The notes below the pieces were generated by a model. The model saw nothing but the letters and a program-made list of their open reading frames with translations. It had not been told where the DNA came from and made no database searches. The position numbers were made by a program, and so were the translations under genes. From Candidatus Marinacidobacterium sp. (lineage in GTDB: Bacteria; Acidobacteriota; Vicinamibacteria; Marinacidobacterales; Marinacidobacteraceae), in contig OZ244852.1 of the NCBI GenBank assembly GCA_965220965.1, positions 448,001-512,000 on the forward strand: DNA of 64,000 nucleotides, given 5' to 3'. Positions 1 through 9,191 of this stretch are shown here, piece after piece (within the stretch, counting starts at the first letter, position 1; each line of letters starts with the position of its first letter).

Positions 1-2
1 GG

Positions 3-3000
3 CCGACGATCGCGCTGCTCACGAGCGTCCCCGGTCCGTTCAACGCAAACCGGGATCACGTCGATGCGTTCATCCGGTCGCTCGAAGGCCGGGACTGGAA
101 TGTCTATCCGATCGCGAGCACCGAGAAGCGGCTCGATTTCCTGCGGGAGATCGATCCCGACCTCGTGGTGCTCATGCCGCACGGGCGGCTGACGCTCGGT
201 CGCGCCGACGAGGCGATCGCGTGGCTCCAGGAGCGGAATATCCCGATGCTCACGCCCCTGTCCGTGTTCGAGAACCACGAGGAGTGGGTGAGCGACCAGC
301 AGGGCATGGCTGGCTCGATGCTCACGATGAGCGTTGTCCTGCCGGAACTCGACGGCGGGATCGCGCCCTACGCGGTTGCGGCGCAGTTCACCGATGCGGA
401 TGGCTATGAGATTTTCGACGCGCTGCCGACCCGGCTGGAAACGTTCACCGATCTGGTCGAGCGGTGGCTCGCTCTCAAGGAGAAGCCCAACCGCGAAAAG
501 CGTGTCGCCATCTACTACTACAAGGGACCCGGAAAGAACGCCATGACCGCCGGCGGCATGGAGGTGGCGCCCAGCCTGCTGAACCTGCTGCGCTCGCTTC
601 GGGATGCCGGCTACGCCGTCGAGGGGCTTCCCGAGACCGATGACGAGTTCCAGGATCTCATCCAGAGGAAGGGACCGGTCCTCGGACCGTATGCCCGCGG
701 CCTGTTCGAGGAGTATGTGGCCAACGGCGATCCGGCGCTCGTATCCGCCGGCGACTACGCGGAGTGGATGGCCGAGGATCTCGAGCCCGCCATGCGGGAA
801 GCGGTCGTACAACAGTACGGCCCGGCGCCGGGCGAGTACATGACGGTCGGCGAAGGTGACGCGACCGCGCTCGCGGTTGCGCGCGTGCGGTTCGGCAACG
901 TCGTCATCCTGCCGCAGCCGCTGCCGGGGGTCGGCCAGGACACCTTCCGTCTGGTGCACGGCGCGCAAAAGGCGCCGCCGCACCCCTATGTCGCCTCCTA
1001 TCTGTGGACCCGCAACGCGTTCGAGGCGGACGCGGTCATGCACTTCGGCACCCACGGCAGCCTCGAGTTCACTCCCTGGAAGCAGATCGCGCTCTCGGCC
1101 TTCGACTGGGCGGACGCGCTCGTTGGCGGCCTCCCCCACGTCTATGTCTACGTGATGAGCAACGTCGGCGAGGGGATCATCGCCAAGCGGCGGTCCTACG
1201 CGGCCACGGTGACGCACCTGACGCCCCCGTTCATGGAAGGCGGGCTCCACGAAGGTCTGCGGCCGCTGCAGGACGCGCTGGACCGGTATCGCAACGCCGC
1301 CGACGGCCCGGTCCGGATGGAGCACAGAAAGACTATCCAGCGCCTGGCCACCGGGGCGAACCTCCACGTGGATCTCGGTCTGGATGCGGGCGCGGAGTGG
1401 TCGGCGGACGAGATGTTCCGCCTGAGCAACCACATCGAGACCATCGAGGGAGAAAAGGTCACGCAGGGTCTCTACACCCTCGGCGGCCCCTTCAGCGTGG
1501 ACGAAGTCAACTCCACCGCGGAGCTCATGGCCCTCGACCCGATCGCCTACGCGATGGCGCGCATCGACACCGTGCGGGGGGACGTCAAGGCCTCCGATCT
1601 CGATGATGAGGTCTTCTTCGAGCGTCGCTACCGGCGGCGGGCGCGCAGCGCCTATGCGCAACGGGTCGCCGGCGAGGACGCCGGGCTCGTGCTCGCCGGG
1701 CTGGTCTCGGACTCCGACCTCGGTCGGGCGCACGCCTGGCGCGAGGCGACGCGGCGGCCCTCGGACGACGACATCATCCGTGGGTTTATTTCCATGGGCG
1801 CAGGCTCGCGCGGGCGACCGGAGACATCCGCGTCCCGGGCTCTGGCTGGTGAACTCGAGGACCTCGTGGCGCGCATCATGCCTCACCCGCGCCGCGTGGA
1901 GTTTGTCGAGCGGCTGCGTTCCGAGCAGGAGTTCGCCCGGACATCGCAGATTCTGGATCCTGCGCAACTCGAGCGGGCGAAGACGATTGCGCTCGTCGTT
2001 CCGCCCATGGCGGAGGCGCTCGAGATCGCCCAGATTCCGGATGTCTACGCCCTTCTGGAGGCGATGCAGGATGCGGAGACCCGCGAGCGGGTGTTCACCC
2101 TGCTGGAGGATCCCGGGCTCGTGGACCGGGTGGAGGCCGAGAAGCGGCGGTTGGCCGCGGAACATCGGGCCCGCGCCCTCGACCCGGCGCATCTGGATGC
2201 GCTCGAGCAGACCTGGCGCGACGACTGGGCCGGCGGACTCGCAAAGGTTTCCAGCGACGGGATCGAGCGCGCGATGACGGCGGTGGCCTTCTACCGGGAG
2301 CAGCGCGCCACGCTGCGCGAGGAGCTCGACGGCATCGGGACCCCCGCGGCGGAAGGAGTGCTCAGGATCCTCGCGGATGCGGCGTTCGACACCCGTCTTG
2401 ACGCTGCGGTCGCCGCCGCCGAGGCCGAACTCGACGCCCGCGCCGAACGGGACGCCGAGTTCGCCCGCGCGGTGCTGACGCTGGAAGCCAGCGTCACCTC
2501 CATTGATCTGCATCGGGAGGGCCTTCGCGACAGCTCGGGCCTCGAGCTCGAGGGTGTGACGCGAGCCCTCGCCGGCGGCTATGTCGAGCCGTCTTCCGGG
2601 GGTGATCCCATCGGCAACCCGGACGCCATCCCGACCGGACGCAACCTCTTCTCGATCGACGCGGAGAAGACCCCCTCCCCCGAGGCGTGGAAGGTCGGAC
2701 GACAGCTCGCGGAGACGCTCCTCGAAGAGCACCGGGGCAGGCGTGACGCGTATCCCAGGAAGGTCGCGTTCACGCTCTGGCCGAGTGACTTCATCAGCAC
2801 CGAGGGGGCCACGATTGGCCAGATCTTCTACCTGCTCGGCGTGGAGCCGGTGTGGGACGCGTTCGGCCGCGTCGCCGACCTTCGCCTCATGTCCGCGAAC
2901 GACCTCGGGCGGCCTCGTATCGACGTGGTCGTCCAGACCGCCGGGCAGCTTCGCGACCTCGCCGCGTCGCGCCTCGCGCTCATCAACCGCGCCGTCGCCA

Positions 3001-4145
3001 TGGCCGCCGAGGCGCGCGACGTGGAGGCGCACGCCAACTTCGTCCAGGAAGGACGCCTCCGCGCCGAGGAAGTGATGAAGGAGAAGGGGCTCTCGCCCGC
3101 TGACGCGCGACGCTATTCGACGTTGCGAGTGTTCGGCGGCGTCAATGGCAACTACGGGACCGCGATCATGGGAATGGTGGAGCGGGGAGACCGCTGGGAG
3201 GAGGAAACCGAGGTTGCGAGCCAGTATCTGCGGAACATGGGCGCGGTCTACGACGAAGGAGAGCTCTGGAGCTTCTATGCCGACGGCGTGTTCGAAGCGG
3301 CGCTCGCGGATACCGAGGTTGTCGTGCAGCCGCGCGAGAGCCACACCTGGGGGGCGCTGAGCCTCGACCACGTCTACGAGTTCATGGGCGGGTTGAGCAT
3401 GGCCGTCCGCCACGTGACGGGTCGGGACGCTGATGCTTACTTCAACGATTTCCGCAATGCGCAGCGGCCGCGCGTAACCGATCTGAACGAGACCGTCTGG
3501 ACCGAAGCGCGATCCACGCTCCTGAACCCCGCCTACATCGGAGCGATGCAGGAGGGCGGCGCGTCATCGGCCGAGACGTTTGCCGAAACGTTCCGCAACA
3601 CGTACGGCTGGAACGTGATGAAGCCGGCCGCGATCGACGACGCGCTCTGGGACGAGCTTCACGAGGTCTATGTCGACGACCGCTACGACCTCGGCGTCGA
3701 GGACTTCTTCCGTCGCGAGAACCCCTACGCCCTTCAGGAAATGACGGCCGTGATGCTCGAAACCGTCCGAAAGGGACTCTGGGAGGCTTCTCCCCGACAG
3801 GTCGCCACCCTGGCGGAGCTCCATGTCCGCCTGGTCAACGAGTTCGAGGCGGGCTGCAGCGGGTTTGTCTGTGACAACGCCGCCCTCACGACGTTCATCG
3901 CCGACCAGGCTCCCGCCGAACTCGCCAGCGCCTATCGCGGCGAGCTTCAGCGGGCGCTGACGTCGAGCGTCGAGCTGACGGACGCCAGCGTGGTTCTGGC
4001 GGAGCGGGAAGCCGAGTCGCGGCCAGCCAGCGCCAATACGGATCCGATCGGTCCGTCGCGGGCGGCCTGGCTGGGCCTGGCCGCTGTTGCGGCCCTGTTC
4101 GGCCTCGCGCTCCTTGCGCTCCGGAGGCGGCGGCGCGCGCCGTGA
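3..4145 (+). CDS. CobN/magnesium chelatase family protein (HmuS/BtuS-like), 5'-truncated by the window edge, with C-terminal membrane anchor
   Basis: Frame is open from nt 3. Motifs include KRVAIYYY, PPHPYVASYLW, MHFGTHGSLEFTPWK, GEGIIAKRRS, PTGRNLFSID, LGRPRIDVVV and LDHVYEFMGG. It ends in a hydrophobic helix plus RRRRR. Confidence 0.9.
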   Translation, partial: PTIALLTSVPGPFNANRDHVDAFIRSLEGRDWNVYPIASTEKRLDFLREIDPDLVVLMPHGRLTLGRADEAIAWLQERNIPMLTPLSVFENHEEWVSDQQGMAGSMLTMSVVLPELDGGIAPYAVAAQFTDADGYEIFDALPTRLETFTDLVERWLALKEKPNREKRVAIYYYKGPGKNAMTAGGMEVAPSLLNLLRSLRDAGYAVEGLPETDDEFQDLIQRKGPVLGPYARGLFEEYVANGDPALVSAGDYAEWMAEDLEPAMREAVVQQYGPAPGEYMTVGEGDATALAVARVRFGNVVILPQPLPGVGQDTFRLVHGAQKAPPHPYVASYLWTRNAFEADAVMHFGTHGSLEFTPWKQIALSAFDWADALVGGLPHVYVYVMSNVGEGIIAKRRSYAATVTHLTPPFMEGGLHEGLRPLQDALDRYRNAADGPVRMEHRKTIQRLATGANLHVDLGLDAGAEWSADEMFRLSNHIETIEGEKVTQGLYTLGGPFSVDEVNSTAELMALDPIAYAMARIDTVRGDVKASDLDDEVFFERRYRRRARSAYAQRVAGEDAGLVLAGLVSDSDLGRAHAWREATRRPSDDDIIRGFISMGAGSRGRPETSASRALAGELEDLVARIMPHPRRVEFVERLRSEQEFARTSQILDPAQLERAKTIALVVPPMAEALEIAQIPDVYALLEAMQDAETRERVFTLLEDPGLVDRVEAEKRRLAAEHRARALDPAHLDALEQTWRDDWAGGLAKVSSDGIERAMTAVAFYREQRATLREELDGIGTPAAEGVLRILADAAFDTRLDAAVAAAEAELDARAERDAEFARAVLTLEASVTSIDLHREGLRDSSGLELEGVTRALAGGYVEPSSGGDPIGNPDAIPTGRNLFSIDAEKTPSPEAWKVGRQLAETLLEEHRGRRDAYPRKVAFTLWPSDFISTEGATIGQIFYLLGVEPVWDAFGRVADLRLMSANDLGRPRIDVVVQTAGQLRDLAASRLALINRAVAMAAEARDVEAHANFVQEGRLRAEEVMKEKGLSPADARRYSTLRVFGGVNGNYGTAIMGMVERGDRWEEETEVASQYLRNMGAVYDEGELWSFYADGVFEAALADTEVVVQPRESHTWGALSLDHVYEFMGGLSMAVRHVTGRDADAYFNDFRNAQRPRVTDLNETVWTEARSTLLNPAYIGAMQEGGASSAETFAETFRNTYGWNVMKPAAIDDALWDELHEVYVDDRYDLGVEDFFRRENPYALQEMTAVMLETVRKGLWEASPRQVATLAELHVRLVNEFEAGCSGFVCDNAALTTFIADQAPAELASAYRGELQRALTSSVELTDASVVLAEREAESRPASANTDPIGPSRAAWLGLAAVAALFGLALLALRRRRRAP

Positions 4146-4157
4146 AGCAGGGGCGCC

Positions 4158-4838
4158 ATGGAGGCAGTACTCGACATCGTCGCGGGGACCGGTGTCGTCC
4201 TCTTCCTCCTCGCGACGGCGTTCATCGGGTCGTTCCGGGGTCGGTTGCTGGCCTTCACGCTCGTCGCCGCGGGCGCCTGGTTTCTCCATCCGTTCGCGGT
4301 CCGGCAGAGTCTCTCCTCCCTGATCGGCGGACTGGACGCCGGCGGGCTGCAGGCGCTCGCCGCCGTCCTGACGCTCGACGGCGTGCTTGGCTCGTTCGGG
4401 GCCGCCCGCCTTCTGCGGGTCCGGGATGGCGCGCCCATCCCCCGTCTTCGCGGACTGGCGGCCCACTACATTGGCCTGTCGCCAGTCCCGGCGCTCCTCT
4501 ACCTCGAGATGAAGGCCTTCGACGCATCGTCGTGGTCCTTTGGAACGACCGCTCTGGCGCTCTGCCTGACCATCGTCGCCGCGGGCCTGGCCGGGAGCGA
4601 GTTGCTTCGAAGGGTTCTGCCGGACCGGGATGTGCGGATCGAGCTGCGACTGCTGGTGCACGTCGGTCAGGTTGCGCTGGCCGCCGCGCTCACGGCGTTC
4701 GCCCTCGGGGGCGCCGCGAGGAGCAACTCGATGGCGCCGGAAGCGGGCCCTCACGCCGTTGTCGCCGGAGCGGTCGTGGGCGGGATCCTGATCGGCGCCT
4801 GGATCCATCGGCGGCGCCAGCGCCGCATGGCGGGCTGA
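4158..4838 (+). CDS. Polytopic membrane protein (HmuT-like position)
   Basis: 226 aa with many hydrophobic segments, lying between the CobN-like gene and the MotA/TolQ/ExbB gene. Confidence 0.65.
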   Translation: MEAVLDIVAGTGVVLFLLATAFIGSFRGRLLAFTLVAAGAWFLHPFAVRQSLSSLIGGLDAGGLQALAAVLTLDGVLGSFGAARLLRVRDGAPIPRLRGLAAHYIGLSPVPALLYLEMKAFDASSWSFGTTALALCLTIVAAGLAGSELLRRVLPDRDVRIELRLLVHVGQVALAAALTAFALGGAARSNSMAPEAGPHAVVAGAVVGGILIGAWIHRRRQRRMAG

Positions 4839-4842
4839 GCTC

Positions 4843-5460
4843 ATGGAACTTCTGACCCGCGCGCTCTACGTGCTCTCGACGGGCCTGCTGGTCCCGGTCA
4901 TTGTCATTCTGCTCGTCCTCTTCGTCCGGGCGCTGCTCGTCGCCGGACAGACCTATGGCGCCTGGCTTTCGCGGTTCCGGTTCCGGTCCGCGCTGCAGCC
5001 ACTCCTCGCCCGACTCGACAGCGACAATGTGGGGACGCTTCTGCAGGAGGCCGAACTGCCGCCGGAACCACGGTGGAAGCCGGCGCTCGGGCGACTCATC
5101 GAACACGGAGCGTCGGCGGCTCAACGCGAGAAAGCGCTCGCCGACTTCGAGTCGGGTTGCGAGACCGACCTGGCGCCGGCGAAGTCCATGGCCCGGCTCG
5201 GCCCGATGCTCGGCCTCATGGGAACGCTCATACCGATGGGACCGGCGCTCGTGGGTCTGGCCGCCGGCGACATCGCGGCGATGGCCGAGAACCTGCAGGT
5301 GGCGTTCTCGACGACGGTCGTGGGACTGTTCGTGGGCGCCGTCGGTTACGCCGTTCAGCAGGCCAGGCAACGCTGGCAGGCCGAGGCGCTCAGCAATCTC
5401 GAGTTCGTGAGCGAGCTCCTCGGCGAAAGCGCATCCCGACCGAAGGGAGGACACGAATGA
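4843..5460 (+). CDS. MotA/TolQ/ExbB proton channel family protein (HmuU-like)
   Basis: Contains ARLGPMLGLMGTLIPMGPALVGLAAGDIAAMAENLQVAFSTTVVGL. Confidence 0.9.
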   Translation: MELLTRALYVLSTGLLVPVIVILLVLFVRALLVAGQTYGAWLSRFRFRSALQPLLARLDSDNVGTLLQEAELPPEPRWKPALGRLIEHGASAAQREKALADFESGCETDLAPAKSMARLGPMLGLMGTLIPMGPALVGLAAGDIAAMAENLQVAFSTTVVGLFVGAVGYAVQQARQRWQAEALSNLEFVSELLGESASRPKGGHE

Positions 5461-5813
5461 CATCCAGACGACGGCGGCGCAGAATGGGCGGCGGGCTTCA
5501 CGACGACAGTGATCCCCTCGCCGCCATCGCCAATCTGTTCGATGTGGCCATGGTCTTCGCCGTGGCGCTCATGGTCGCGATGGTCAGTCGCTGGCAGTTG
5601 ACCGAGTTCCTCACCCGTGAGGACTTCACGATGGTCAAGAATCCGGGGACAGCGGAGATGGAGATCATCACGCAGGAGGACGGTGAGATCACCCGTTACC
5701 GCGCTGAGGACGCGGCGGACGCTGCGGGTCGGCGCGGCCGCCGGGTCGGCGTCGCCTACCAGCTCGAGAGCGGCGAGATCATTTACGTGCCGGAAGCTCC
5801 TGGCGCCGAGTAG
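5457..5813 (+). CDS. DUF2149 family protein (HmuV-like)
   Basis: ATGA overlap with the previous stop and a GGAGG RBS. Motifs DPLAAIANLFDVAMVFAVAL, KNPG and GVAYQLESGEIIYVPE. Confidence 0.85.
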   Translation: MTSRRRRRRMGGGLHDDSDPLAAIANLFDVAMVFAVALMVAMVSRWQLTEFLTREDFTMVKNPGTAEMEIITQEDGEITRYRAEDAADAAGRRGRRVGVAYQLESGEIIYVPEAPGAE

Positions 5814-5842
5814 ACGCTTCCTCGGGCGCTGAGGACTTCCCG

Positions 5843-6655
5843 TCAGTCGCGTTCGCCGAGGCGGATCAGGATGCCGAGGGTGAGCGCCGAGACGCTCGCG
5901 ACGTCGGTTCCGCCCTCGGAGAAGACGAGGGGTTCCGCCGCCGGGTAGCGCATGAACCGGTAATCGAACGAGAGGGCCACCGGGAACAGCGGGAACACGA
6001 CCTTCATCCCGGCGCCGACAACGATGGTGCCGGCGCGAAATGGCGCGTCCTCCCCGATGTCCGACTCGCGCCACCCGTACCCGACCGTGGCGTAAGGCGT
6101 CATGGCGGCGAGCGGGATCTGCGCCACCGCCGAGGCGCTGAACTCCTGGCTCTCCTGCCGGATTCCGTCCTCGAAGACGGTGAGCCCGGCCTCCTCGTCC
6201 TCGACCGAGATCTCGAACACGCTCCTGGTCCGGGTGTATCCCGCCTCGACCCCGAAGTGGCGGTTCACGAACACCGAGCCGCGCGCCCCGTAGTGCTCCC
6301 CGAACCCCACGTCTTCGGCCTGTGCGGAGACCGTCTGGAAGATGTTCCGCGAGAACCCGAGGTCCTGGTTCACCCGCTGTCCCCCGATCTGGGCGCCGAG
6401 CTCGACGCGGGCCCAGACGCCGCCGGGAGTGAACACCGGGCCGCCCCGGGTGCGCTGGATGGCGCCGGGCTGCGTCGAAGCGGCGCCGTCGCCGCCGGAG
6501 TTGAGGCTCCCTCCCGCGGCGCGCGCCCGCGCCAGCAGACTCGCGGGCCGGGCCGCCTCACGCGCCTCCCCGGGACTTGGGGCGGTCTCCGCCGCCAGGG
6601 GCGCCGCCGCGCAGCCGCACGCCATCACGACGGCCGCCAGCGGCGGCCGGATCAC
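5843..6655 (-). CDS. Outer-membrane beta-barrel protein (OmpA/porin-like)
   Basis: GTG start overlaps the matrixin stop. Signal peptide followed by amphipathic strands (FGVEAGYT, PYATVGYG, VVGAGMKV, LSFDYRF, LTLGILIRL). Confidence 0.7.
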   Translation of the reverse strand: MIRPPLAAVVMACGCAAAPLAAETAPSPGEAREAARPASLLARARAAGGSLNSGGDGAASTQPGAIQRTRGGPVFTPGGVWARVELGAQIGGQRVNQDLGFSRNIFQTVSAQAEDVGFGEHYGARGSVFVNRHFGVEAGYTRTRSVFEISVEDEEAGLTVFEDGIRQESQEFSASAVAQIPLAAMTPYATVGYGWRESDIGEDAPFRAGTIVVGAGMKVVFPLFPVALSFDYRFMRYPAAEPLVFSEGGTDVASVSALTLGILIRLGERD

Positions 6656-7653
6656 GGACGGACCTCGATGTCCACCTCGGTGAAGCCGTCCCGCCGGACC
6701 GTGACCAGGCGCGGCAGGATCGTCGTGCTGAAGTCGGTGTCCACCTGATTGAATCCGAAGAAATAGGTGGACGGCGCGTGGCCGGTGGGGAGCGGGTTGA
6801 CCCGGAGGACATACCGTCCGGGGACCAGGCCGCCGATCTCGAAGGTTCCGTCGTCGGCGGCCCAGTTGCCGACGAGGTGGTCCTCCTGCGGTTCGTAGGC
6901 CACCACATGGGCGTGCGCCACGCCGGCGCCGTCGTCGCGCAGCACCCGGCCGCGGATGCCCCCGGCATTTCGGGCGGGGCCGGGGTAGAGGACCGAGATG
7001 CCCGCGACATCGTCCGCAGTCAGCGTCCGACCCAGGCTGCTGCCCCGGCCGAACGAGAAGGGCCACATGACGGCCGAGCCCGCGAGCACGCCCTCGTCGG
7101 TGCTGCGGCCCACGCTCGAGTGTCCGAGGCCGAGGAAGTGCCCGGCCTCGTGGACCACCAGCGAGCGGTAGTCCCAGCCGCCCCGCTCGGGCGTATCGGT
7201 CCAGTTGTACGCCGGGTTGACCAGGATGTCGGATTCGACGATGCGACCGGTGTCGGCCGCCACCAGCCAGCTCGTCACCGCGAGCGTCGCCTCCGCCACG
7301 CCGAGTTCCCGGAGGTGCTCCCGGGTGGAGAAACCGATCGTGTTCGTGAAGTCGAAGAACTCGAAGGGTCGCTGGTTCGTGAGCCCCTGGTAGGTCAGCG
7401 AGAGATCGGCCTCGGCCACCGCGTCCCAGGTCCCCACCGCGGCGCGCGTCTGCGCCACGACCTCCTCGACGGTCATCCAGTTGTCGTCCCGGTTCGCCAC
7501 CCAGTACGGGATCGACGCCACGCCGGGAGCCCACCGGAACTGGGGCGCTCCGAGGAGCTGGTAACCGGACGCCGGAGGGGGACCGCCGAGAGGCAGCGCG
7601 AACGCGAGGATCACCGCGGCGACGAAGGGACGGAGCATCACCCGGTCGTTCAT
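6652..7653 (-). CDS. Matrixin (M10/metzincin) family metalloprotease with C-terminal carboxypeptidase-regulatory-like domain
   Basis: Signal peptide, HEAGHFLGLGHS zinc motif, Met-turn AVMWP and LTADDVAGISVLY. Confidence 0.88.
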   Translation of the reverse strand: MNDRVMLRPFVAAVILAFALPLGGPPPASGYQLLGAPQFRWAPGVASIPYWVANRDDNWMTVEEVVAQTRAAVGTWDAVAEADLSLTYQGLTNQRPFEFFDFTNTIGFSTREHLRELGVAEATLAVTSWLVAADTGRIVESDILVNPAYNWTDTPERGGWDYRSLVVHEAGHFLGLGHSSVGRSTDEGVLAGSAVMWPFSFGRGSSLGRTLTADDVAGISVLYPGPARNAGGIRGRVLRDDGAGVAHAHVVAYEPQEDHLVGNWAADDGTFEIGGLVPGRYVLRVNPLPTGHAPSTYFFGFNQVDTDFSTTILPRLVTVRRDGFTEVDIEVRP

Positions 7654-8261
7654 TGCCGGCCGGTGAGCGCGGCGCGCACCACGCCTTCGACATGCGAAAG
7701 CGCCACCGGCTCCGCCTCCTGGTGCGCGAGCGTTCGGCCCGACTCGTCGGCGAGGTTCAGTCCGGCGAGCCCGCGGTGGAGCACCCGCTCTCCGGTCCCC
7801 GGGTCGGTCTCCAGCCGGAACTTGCCCTGCGCCAGCCCGAACACGGTGGGAACCCGCGCCGCGCCGCCATCGGTGAATACGAGCACTTCCTCGTCCAATT
7901 GGAACGACGGAGCGCCCGCGACGACCAGCCGGTAGCCGCCGGCTTCTCCGCCGAGAACCCGCAGCGTCACGAGCGAGCCGCCGCGCCCTCCCTTGAGCCA
8001 CTGGTCCACTTCGATCGTGACGAAGGTGTGGATGCTCGTGCGGCGCGCGCTGACCTGGCTGCGCACGCCCACGACGCGGCCGGTCAGGATCTGGTCGGCG
8101 CGACGGGCCATCTCGTCCAGCGGGACGGCGAGGACGGTCGAAGCGTCGAGCGGGGGCGGCGCGATCGCGAGCGCGGCGAGCGCGGCGGCGAGGGCGAGGG
8201 CGCCTGCACCGGCGCCGCGCCGCCGGGGAGCTCCTTCCGCCATGCCCGCCATGACCCGCAC
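7650..8261 (-). CDS. Secreted hypothetical protein, matrixin-associated N-domain-like (start may be 8252 or 8243)
   Basis: Signal peptide followed by STVLAVPLDEMARRADQILTGRV...VLGGEAGG...GLAQGKF. Stop overlaps the matrixin ATG. Confidence 0.7.
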   Translation of the reverse strand: MRVMAGMAEGAPRRRGAGAGALALAAALAALAIAPPPLDASTVLAVPLDEMARRADQILTGRVVGVRSQVSARRTSIHTFVTIEVDQWLKGGRGGSLVTLRVLGGEAGGYRLVVAGAPSFQLDEEVLVFTDGGAARVPTVFGLAQGKFRLETDPGTGERVLHRGLAGLNLADESGRTLAHQEAEPVALSHVEGVVRAALTGRQ

Positions 8262-8367
8262 GGAAACTTAGCAGTCCGTTGATGAAGTCCCGGCGGTGGC
8301 GACCGAGGCCCCGGGAGGAGCCAGCAAGGCGAACGCGCCGCGCGCCGTACCATTCCGGGCCGGCGGC

Positions 8368-9186
8368 ATGCGCGACGACAACGGATCGGTTCCGTTCCCC
8401 GACGGCGGCGCCGCGCCGGACCTGAACCTCCGGTTCCTGGACGCCGAGCGGCCGGGGCAGGCGAGACTCGCCGCGACCTGTGTTCCCGGCGCCGGGCCGG
8501 GCAAGCCGGTCTGGGTCTTTCTGCACGGACTGGGCGGAAGCCGGTTGGGCGACAAGGCCCGAAGGTTCCGCGACTGGCTGTTCGGCCGGGGGCCCGGCTT
8601 CTTCGCGCTCGACTTCACGGGGCACGGCGACTCCGGCGGAGACTGCCGCGGCCTCACGCTCTCGCGGAACCTGGAGGACATCGACCGGGGCGCGCGCTTC
8701 CTCGAAGCGGAGGCCCCGGGCGCCGAGCTGGTGCTCGTCGGGTCCTCGATGGGAGGGGTGGCGGCGCTGTGGTACGCCGCGCTTCATCCGGCCCGCGTGC
8801 GGCTCGTGGTGGCGATCGCGCCGGCGCTGCGGATGGCGGCGCGGGTGGCTGCGAGCCTCTCCGCGGAGGAACGGCGGCGTTGGCGGGAACGCGGGTTCCT
8901 ACCGGTCCCGATCGGCGAGGACACGCTCGAGATCGGCCCGGACATCGTGGCTGACGAGGACGACTTCCTCCCCGACCGCCTCGCGGCCACCCTCCGCGCG
9001 CCGACCCTCATCCTGCACGGAACCGACGACGCCGTCGTGCCAATCGGACTGTCGCGCAATTTTGTGGAGGAGTGCCCCTCGGCGCGGCTTCAGGAGATCG
9101 AAGGGGGCGACCACCGGCTCCAGGAGCACCGGGACTTCCTGTTCGAGGCGGCCTGGGAGCGCGACCGCGAACTGGCCGCCGGCTAA
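8368..9186 (+). CDS. Alpha/beta fold hydrolase
   Basis: FLHGLGG, DFTGHGDS, GSSMGG nucleophile elbow, ILHGTDDAVVP and GGDHRL. Confidence 0.9.
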   Translation: MRDDNGSVPFPDGGAAPDLNLRFLDAERPGQARLAATCVPGAGPGKPVWVFLHGLGGSRLGDKARRFRDWLFGRGPGFFALDFTGHGDSGGDCRGLTLSRNLEDIDRGARFLEAEAPGAELVLVGSSMGGVAALWYAALHPARVRLVVAIAPALRMAARVAASLSAEERRRWRERGFLPVPIGEDTLEIGPDIVADEDDFLPDRLAATLRAPTLILHGTDDAVVPIGLSRNFVEECPSARLQEIEGGDHRLQEHRDFLFEAAWERDRELAAG

Positions 9187-9191
9187 GCGCC

